The notes beneath the pieces are model-generated. The model was not told the DNA's origin and did no database searches. It saw only the letters and a list, made by a program, of their open reading frames with translations. The position numbers were made by a program, and so were the translations under genes. Of a stretch of 64,000 nt of DNA, positions 44,036 to 64,000 are shown in pieces. Source of the stretch: the human T2T-CHM13v2.0 reference genome, Homo sapiens; NCBI RefSeq assembly GCF_009914755.1, contig NC_060940.1; one strand, written 5' to 3'. Numbering within the stretch: position 1 is the stretch's first letter; every line of letters begins with the position of its first letter.

Positions 44036-47000
44036 TACATGAGCAGGGCCACGAGTAAGCTGAAGTAAGAAACACCTGAGGATGGGACGGGGGAGGGTGG
44101 GTGCCTTACCTCCCGAAGGGCATTCTGGGCAGCACGGTACCAAGCCCAACTCACGAGGGAGGCCTCTTTCTGATCTGACAGAGGCAGGAAGCTCAGAATA
44201 TATGTGAGCATCTGAGGGAAAAAGACAGGGCATTGGGGACTGTTAGAGGTGGGAGGTCTTTGGAACCCACTCCAGCTGACAGCACCATGGGTCTGAGGGC
44301 ACCAGAGCCCTGGCTTCTACTTTATCTTGGATGTGAAGCTTCACGAAGCATTCACTTCCCCGCTCCAGGCTTCAGGTATCTTTCCTGTAAACAAACCTTT
44401 CCTGAGCTGGGTGCAGGCTTGCACTGACTGATAAGAATCAAACTTCCTGCCTAGCTGGGTAGAAAAAGCCTGGGCATTGAGGCCAGATAAACCTAGTTCA
44501 AATCTCTACTCTGCCAACTGACCTCTCGAACTTTGTTTTCCTTATCTGTGAAATTGCAATTGTAGTGAGATTTAAATGGATTATTGTGAGAATTAAAGAA
44601 CACAGCCAAGTGTCTTGCATAGGACCTAGAGCACAGCAGGCCAGGTGTGCTCACTCTGGTCCTCAGGAAGTCATGCTTGGTCCTCCTGCCCTCATGGCTC
44701 AGGCTCTGGGACCCTGCTGTTTTTCTGTCTTCTTCACTGCCACCTTGCCCTCTCCACTGGTTGTTAAGATGCGCTCCCAGCAAGACCTAGCCTGGGAGGC
44801 TCAGGCCCTTCCCCCCACCTAGGGGGTGGTGAGGTTAGAGGTCCTAAATGGGACTGGGGAAGGGGTTACCAGTGAGGCCTAGAATGATTTGATATTAACT
44901 CTTCTTTTCTTCTGGAATCTTCCTCCCTGCATCCCAATTGTCTCGTTTTTGGATTCTTCTGTGGCTCCCAGGGCTCAGACCTGGGTCTTTTGGTTTTCTG
45001 TTTACCAACACAGGAATAACCAACAATTCAATATTCCCATATTGTCCTATTATCCAAGTGCTAGTCCATATTGCCAACTGTCCATGCAAATGTTTAGCCA
45101 TCACTTTAATCTCAACCAAAACTCATGTTCTACCCTCAGCCCAAAACAGCCTCTCCTCCCAAATTCCCCTTTCAATGCCAACAGTGCATCTACCTGATAA
45201 CACTTTCAACTATTCAAACCATTCTGTCCCTTCCTCCCAGATACAGGTGTAATGCACAGGCTTTAGGCCAGGCTAACCTAAACTCATTCAAATTCCAGCT
45301 CCACTACTTCCACATATACTGATGTGTGACCTTAAACAAGGTACTTGACCTCTGGGAGTTTCAGTTTCCATATCTATAAAATAGGGATACTTTAAAAAAA
45401 TCTAGATCATAGCCTCATGGGGATTAAATTTTACATATATATAGTGTGTGTGTGACAACTAGATGTTCCATAAATGGTTGCTGGATTGCTGTTACTAAAA
45501 TTTCTACCTCTGCAACTTCCCCACCTCAGTAGCTCAGATTTCTACCACCCCAAACCTGGATTCCTTCCACAATCTCCCACCTGAACTCTTTGCCTCCAAG
45601 TTCATCCTTGCTAATACATTATGCACACTGTCACAAGGTTAATTTTTCCTATAAAACAGTTTTCAGTTTCAGCTCACCCCTGCTGTAAAACTTCAGGGTT
45701 CACAGTACTCTCAGGACAGTCTCCACTCCTGGATCAGCACTGCCAGGCCTCTGTGCCTGATTGGACTCGCTGGTCCCCAAACTTCCCCAGTCCAGTCTCC
45801 CCATTGCCCTACGCACACAGCATGTCTATTTCCTTTTGCCTATGCGGGCCTTTTCCCTGGGATCCCCTTCTTGAAGCTTAACTTCACCAACCCATTGTGA
45901 TCTCTCCTTCCTTTCTCAGATGCCAAGCACGCAGGCACAGTGCTCAGCCAGTGCTTACTGGATTAAATTAAGGTTGGACAGTCCAGTCCTCTACCTCTAT
46001 TTTCACCAAGAGTATGCTCAGGGAAGGGGTCGGGGAAATAAAGCAGTCATTACTGAGAGGACAATGACTGGCAGAATAGACTTCTGGGCCAGGAAGGGAG
46101 GCATAGGGAAGACAGTATTGATGGGGACTGGGACTGACCAAGTCCCAATCCCTCCAGGGAGGCACGGAAGCCTGTTTGAGCTGAGTTAAGACAGTGGCCA
46201 TCCTGTCTTCTGGGGCTAAGCAGCCAGCCCAAGAGCAAAGGGAGAGGGGAACAAACCTGTCATCCCTTGGGGTGAGTCGGGAAGGGACACAATTCATTGA
46301 CCTAAGAAGAGGGTGGCCTTTCTAGAGGGACAAGAGGAGGCAGTGATGAGGATGGAGTGACCATCCCATGAGTCCCATCTCAAGGGGGCTACTGGAGATA
46401 ATGATTGGTCACTCATGGGGTCTATGGGGATGGAAATAGATAGCCCCTAAAGCTAAGGGGGAAAGGGATAGCACTGCAAGCTCAATAGGGGTGGGAACAG
46501 GCCTATTTTTGCTAAGGACAGGAGCATCATTCCAGGACCGATGGGAAAGGGTGGCCTGTTTCCCATGGGCAGAGAGAGGGGGCTGCCAACCCTCAGGACA
46601 AAAGAGATGGAGAAGCCATTCCAACAGGCCACTGAAGACAAAACCTGTTATCTCCCTGGCAGATGGGGCAGAGTGGTCTTGCCCCTGGCTAAGGGGAAGG
46701 AGCAAACATCCCACGGAGTGAAAGAGGTAAGGGCGGCCATCACTAGGGGCCTAGGAATGGGGAACAGGCCTATCCTTGTTAAAGGAACTCAGAGATCATT
46801 GCAGTTGATGGGGAGGGAGCAGTCTGTTTCCCACTGCCAGGGAGAAGGGGCGGCCGTCTCTGTAGGAAATGGAGAGATCATCCCAAGGGACCAATGGGGA
46901 TAAGATCAGTTACCCTTCGGGACGATGAGATGGAGCGGACATCTTCCAGAACTGAGCGGGGAGGAGACAGCCACTTCAAGGGAAGGGGATGGGCAGAGGG

Positions 47001-47282
47001 CCTGTTCTCGCGGAGATGACAGGGCAGCTATCTTCTGGGGCCGATAGGGAAGGGGAGGACGGTCCCCCAAGCTAAAGGGACAGAGTGGCCCAAAGGAGGA
47101 ACCGTTACCCAGAGCTAGAAGGTCCCGGGATCGGGAGGGCGGGTCGTTTCCGCCAGGCTGGAGGGGCCGGGCTAGCTATCTGACAGCCCCTCCCCAAAGC
47201 TCAGGACCGCGAGGGCGGGGCCTGTCCAGAGCTAGGCCTGAGGGCGGCTTCCTCTCACCTCCAGGGGCAGCGACTCCGCCAT

Positions 47283-47502
47283 CGCATCCCTGCCGCCTCC
47301 GCCCCCACTGCGCAAGGCTTTCTGGGAAATGTAGTCTCGCCTCTTTGGGGCGGGGCTTGGGAAGGAAGTGAGACCTATTTCCGTCGCAAAAGCTGACGAC
47401 TTCGGTCTGCGCCGGAAGTGCATGAGCTGCCGATGTGGTGCTTAGTGATTGCGGTTTCGGTCGCTCTCCCGTGTTTCCCGGGCTGGGTATTTGCCTCGCA
47501 CC
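47283..47502. promoter_or_regulatory. Bidirectional CpG promoter shared by FBXL9P and TMEM208
   Basis: Divergent ATGs 220 bp apart. ZNF143/THAP11-type GACTACATTTCCCAGAA (minus, 47320-47336), GC box GGGGCGGGGC 47347-47356, ETS GCCGGAAGTG 47411-47420. Confidence 0.85.
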
Positions 47503-49397
<1,895 letters not shown>

Positions 49398-49542
49398 CCA
49401 TTGACATTGTGGCCACAGGCCACTGGCCCTGGGTGGCTCTGTCAGGGTGCACAGCCCCTCATGCCTGGAGCAATGAGGGTCTAGTCCAGGGGCCAAAAGC
49501 AGTCTGAGGTATTGGGTATACTTATACTCTATAGGGTCGTTG

Positions 49543-49548
49543 AATAAA
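49543..49548 (+). terminator. TMEM208 polyadenylation signal
   Basis: AATAAA ~145 nt after the stop codon. Confidence 0.8.
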
Positions 49549-49691
49549 TGGCTTAGAATGTGGCTGATGGCTGTGTGGGTGATGAGGGATGAGGCAGGAA
49601 AAGCTGGTCCTATGGGATTTCCCTCCTGCTACAAACCCAGCCTGGTGGGGACCCTGAAAGAAGAGAAACCTGTTGGATTAGCTAAGAAAAT

Positions 49692-49697
49692 TTTATT
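49692..49697 (-). terminator. FHOD1 polyadenylation signal
   Basis: AATAAA on the minus strand ~220 nt after the stop codon. Confidence 0.8.
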
Positions 49698-49919
49698 TTG
49701 CTCCGTGCGTTCAAGGAGCTCACACACATGCACATGCATATGCATGCACACACACACATACACACACACTCACATGCATACACACACGGCTAATACTGCT
49801 CAAGGCATGGCTCCTGGGCACAGAGTTCTGGGGCCAGAATTCTGCTCTGGGCCCTCCTCACTCTGTCATCTCCTGCACTGCAGTCCAGGGTCCAGATAGA
49901 TTTCCGGGATACAGCACCT

Positions 49920-59738
<9,819 letters not shown>

Positions 59739-60528
59739 CTGGGGGCAAAGGGAACAGCTGTGAGACTGAGGAAGAGGTGGCAGGCGAATGTATGAAGACC
59801 CCTGACCTCTTACCTACCACTTGAAGGGTGGCAGAGAGACACAGGGTCTGCACTACAGCTGTGCATTCCTTCAGCAGTTGCTTCTCAAGCACCTACTATG
59901 TGCAAAGCCCATCTGTGTCAGGCACCAGGCTTTCTTGGCCTTTGTTTGTACCATCTCCTCTCCTGGCTGATACCTACCTATTCTTTAGGTTGCTATGCAA
60001 CCCACTCCACCCTGTGTGTATGCTCCCTTTCGAGACCTTCCACACAGCATTCTAATATCCGAGCCACTGGTCTCCTCTAGCTGCGTTCTCTGCGTTCAGG
60101 CACTCCGTCTGTCTTGCTCCCTGCTGTATCTATAGAGCCTGGCATAGCACCTGACACACAGTAAGCACTCACTAGGACTTGTTGAGCTAATAAACACAGA
60201 TGAGGAAGGGGAATGGAGAGAAGATGGGAGGAAGTTCCTGCCTTCGAGGAAGCTCACAGCCCTGTGGGGTGATAAGCTATAGTCACAAAGCATTAAGCCC
60301 CAGAAAGAAAGTGTTAAGATGGCTGGGAGGTGCAAACCCACCCGGGAGAGTGTGTCTGTGTGTGTGTGTGTCTCAGTGAGTAAGAGGGTGAAGACAGGGT
60401 CTGATCCATAGACTTCCCAGTCCCACCAGATTTCAGGGTCTTTGGCCTCTCCCAAAGTGGGCTACAGTTACAATGGTCCTAGCTGGACCTCAGAGACACC
60501 CAAGGGGCCTATTAAAAAACTAACTTTA

Positions 60529-60833
60529 GGCCAGGCGTGGTGGCTCACGCCTGTAATCTCAGCACTTTGGGAGGCTGAGGAGGGTGGATCGCCTAAGGTC
60601 AGGAGTTCTAGACCAGCCTGGCCAACGTGGTGAAACCCCGTCTCTACAAAAATGCAAAAATTAGCCAGGCATGATGGCGGGTGCCTGTAATCCCAGCTAC
60701 TGCTGGGGAGGCTGAGGCAGGAGAATTGCTTGAATCCAGGAGGCAGACATTGCAGTGAGCCGAGATCATGTCATTGCACTCTAGCCTGGGAGACAGAGTG
60801 AGACTCTGTCTCAAAAAACAAAACAAAACAAAA
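60529..60833 (+). mobile_element. Alu in FHOD1 intron 1
   Basis: Alu consensus with (CAAAA)n tail. Confidence 0.9.
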
Positions 60834-62257
60834 CACTTAAGAGTCTGACTCAGTCTACAGTAGGACCCCAAAGCCTGCCTTTGTAACAAGCAGGCACATG
60901 CTCCATCCACGTGTCCATGTTTCCCTCCCCGGGCTCTCCTCCCCCGCCACAAGGCATGGCACTTAGCCCCTTGAGAAGTGCCTGTAGAGAAGCCTGAGGG
61001 AGGTGACTCCTGTGAGTCGGAGGGTGGCACTCTACCTCTCCCAGACACCTCCCTCCATTGCACAGTGCAGATATGCAGGTTCAGCAAAGTCTCCTTGACT
61101 TAAGTGGCTCTGGCCCTTGAGATGCCTTGGCCCAGGGAGAGCCCACCTCTGGAGAGGCAGGGTGTCTTCTGGTCTCCATCTTACTGGGCATGTCAATTCC
61201 AACATTTGTCCTGCTGTTTGGTCAGCCCTGCCCTCTTCTGGACCCTGCCCAAGGGCTTCCAACTGGCCTTGGTCCCCTGGAGAAAAAGGGAGTCCAGCTC
61301 CTGCCTCAACCCCTACCTCTGTTTAGCAACCCTTGCGCCTGCCTCAGAGCCTGACCTGGCTCCTTCCCCACAGTTTAGCCTGTGGGGCCCTTGGATGACC
61401 CCCCCCCCCCGCCCACCCCCGCCTGGGACCTGGGACATAGGACAAACACTCCAGCCTGTTCTCTGTCCCACTTCCTGCCTGGCTGCCTGCCCTCCCCAGG
61501 GTGCCTTGGGCAGGCCTGGCCACTTTCCCCTCCCTGGGAGCAGAGTCATCTTCTCCAGGGCCTACTGGGAACAGGCCTGAGAAGGGGCAGCAAGGCCTGA
61601 GGGCTGGGGTATCTTGTCCAGGGCCAGCTCAGCTGAGGGCAACCCACATTCCTCCTGATCTCTTCCCACACAGTGACTCAGCAGCCTACCACCCCACCCC
61701 CATTCAGGCACAGCCGCATCTCCCTCCCTTGGCCTGGAAGATTCTGGGACCCTAGAAGAACACACCTACCCCAGAGCCACCCCCGTCAGGGATCCCCTCG
61801 AATCACACACATATAGAACAGCTCATTCTTTGAACATTCATGACCAGGCTGGTTTCAGATGCAGAGGACCTAGGAGGAATTAGACACTGCCTCTGCCTTC
61901 CCTTCCTTCCAGCCCAGTGGGGCAGACGGGAAGACAGACAGACGAGTCAGAAAAAGCTCACAAATGAATGTGGAATCACAACTTTCACAGTGCTAAGAAA
62001 GGGGAGGGGCAGAGTGCTATAAAGATAAACGGGAAGGGAAAACATGTTACACCTGGTAACTGCTTACACACCCAGGTATAAGGTTGGGTATGCACTGGCC
62101 AACACAGGCTGAAGCAGCACAGACCCAGAAAGGTCAGGCCCACCACGCTGTCCTGCCTCCTTGCATGCTGTAATCCCAAGAGAGCAGAGAATGTCCCTCT
62201 CCTTCCAGGACACCTGCATCCATTTGGGGAAGGGTCCTGAAGGTTAAATAGTCCACC

Positions 62258-62553
62258 TTCTTTTTTTTTTTGATATGGAGTCTTGCTCTGTCTCCCAAGT
62301 TGGAGTGTAGTGGCACAGTCTTGGCTCACTGCAACCTCTGCCTCCTGGGTTCAAGCAATTCTCCTACCTCAGCCTCCTGAGTAGCTAAGGTTACAGGCGT
62401 GCATCACCATGCCTGGCTAATTTTTGTATTTTTAGTAGAGACAGGGTTTCAGCATGTCATCCAGGCTGGTCTTGAACTCCTGACCTCAAGTGATCCACTT
62501 GCCTCTGCCTCTCAAAGTGCTGGGATTGTAGGTGTGAGCCACTGTGCCCGGCC
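62258..62553 (-). mobile_element. Alu in FHOD1 intron 1
   Basis: Antisense Alu consensus. Confidence 0.9.
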
Positions 62554-63159
62554 AATGGTCCACATTCTCTAGCCTCCTCAGCCACTTCACCTGTCCAATC
62601 CTGCCAGGGCCCCATTTCTGGGGAGGAGGTCCAGGGAAACAGGTAGTCCAGTGCCTTCCAGGACAGTGTCTCCCCACCCCCAGCTGTCTGTCCTGGGTGG
62701 AAGTGTGGGGTGGTAGGCTAGAGTCAGGCAAGCAGCAAAGAGCAGGAGACTTCCTGCTAGCAGGATGGCACATGTCCCTCACACCCCGGCCCCTTCCTGG
62801 GGTCACCCTTCTGAGAGCCAAACCTCTGGGCCTTGTTTCTCACACCCTGGGGCTGGGCCAGGCCTGAATAAGCCCAAACCCTGGTCCTTGCTGACGGGGC
62901 TTAAGCTCAGCACGTAGTATGGGCCCACTTCCCTGACACCTTCTTGGCTCTTGTCTTCCTCACTTCTCTGGTCTCTGTCTTGGGGTGGAGTCTTTCCCCC
63001 ATTCTTCCCAGGCTCAGCTTCTCACATTGGCCTCCAGCCCACTATACTCTTGACTTTCCAGGCTCAGGCTTTTCTGGCAGCCCAAAACCAACTGGTTATG
63101 TATGGTTTTATATGCAGGGTCAAGCCCAGGGGACCATGGCATCTACTTCTCTCTCTCTT

Positions 63160-63315
63160 TCTAGCTATCTATCTACCTATGTATAATATATAGATATAGA
63201 TCTATAATATATAGATGTCTATAGATATTGATAATTTATATATATAGCTATGTATCTATTATATATATCTAGACATCTATTACATATATCTATTATATAT
63301 TTTATAAATATACAT
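63160..63315. repeat. (TA)n/(TATC)n-rich low-complexity repeat
   Basis: Seen directly. Confidence 0.85.
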
Positions 63316-64000
63316 TTTTCCCGCTTGTTTCTTTAGACTGTCTTACCCAATATTTTTAATAACAGTGTAATCAGGTAAGACTGAACATACCAGAGCAGGG
63401 TACAGGGAAGATGGAAAAGAGGCAGGATTATAGGCTGAAGGGCTTTCATTTTAGAAAATAATTGGTTAACTGCCTCTTTTGTCTCCTTTCCTATAAACAC
63501 AGGACCCTGTGTTCTGAAGACCCTCCTTTCCTGTTATCGCAGGTCTCCAACTAGAGTGTGACTTCCTGAATGAGATGACAAGGATGGGCCTTGGGGAGGG
63601 AAATCCACTTTTGTTATCTTATGCTTCCTCTGTGCCAGGCACCGGACTGCCTCTTTTTTTTCTTTTCTTTTTTTTTTTAATAGAAATAGGGTCTCGCTAT
63701 ATCACCCACACTGTTCTTGAACTCCTGGCCTCAAGCAATCCTCTGGCCTTGGCTTCCCAAAGTGCTGAGATTACAGGCATGAGCCACCATGCCCAGCCTG
63801 AGCCGCCTATTTAATTTGATTCTACCAATAATCCTTTTACAGATAGGGAAACCAAGAATCAGAAAATCAGCGCATTGCCCCAGGGTGCACAGCCAGGAGC
63901 CAGGGCTAATTGACCAAATCTTGGGCGGATGGGCCCTGGAAATGCTCCAAGGAACCCTAGAGGGGAAGTGGAGTGAGGGCTGGGGCCAGAAGGATTGCCA

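Overview
Human genomic DNA, GC-rich and Alu-dense, recognisable as the chr16q22.1 gene cluster. In order: 5' part of MATCAP1/KIAA0895L (-), EXOC3L1 (-, 746 aa), E2F4 (+, 413 aa, with a U12 AT-AC intron and a coding (AGC)13 tract), ELMO3 (+, 720 aa) with MIR328 antisense in intron 13, the disabled F-box/LRR gene FBXL9P/LRRC29 (-), TMEM208 (+, 173 aa, head-to-head with FBXL9P) and FHOD1 (-, exon 1 beyond the window). I reconstructed exons by hand from splice signals, and the summed lengths give whole-codon totals. Main observations: (1) a full ~610-620 aa F-box+LRR gene can be rebuilt that is broken by only two lesions (an in-frame TGA and a frameshift) with splice sites intact; (2) two FHOD1 cassette exons where the 24-nt microexon alone creates a junction TGA, forcing co-inclusion; (3) the MIR328 hairpin doubles as the ELMO3 3' splice site; (4) a possible stop-loss extension of EXOC3L1 ending inside an AATAAA; (5) several stop-free 3n short introns. 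No wholly new biological system can be demonstrated from sequence alone. Gene names are from recognition of protein sequences, not a database search.
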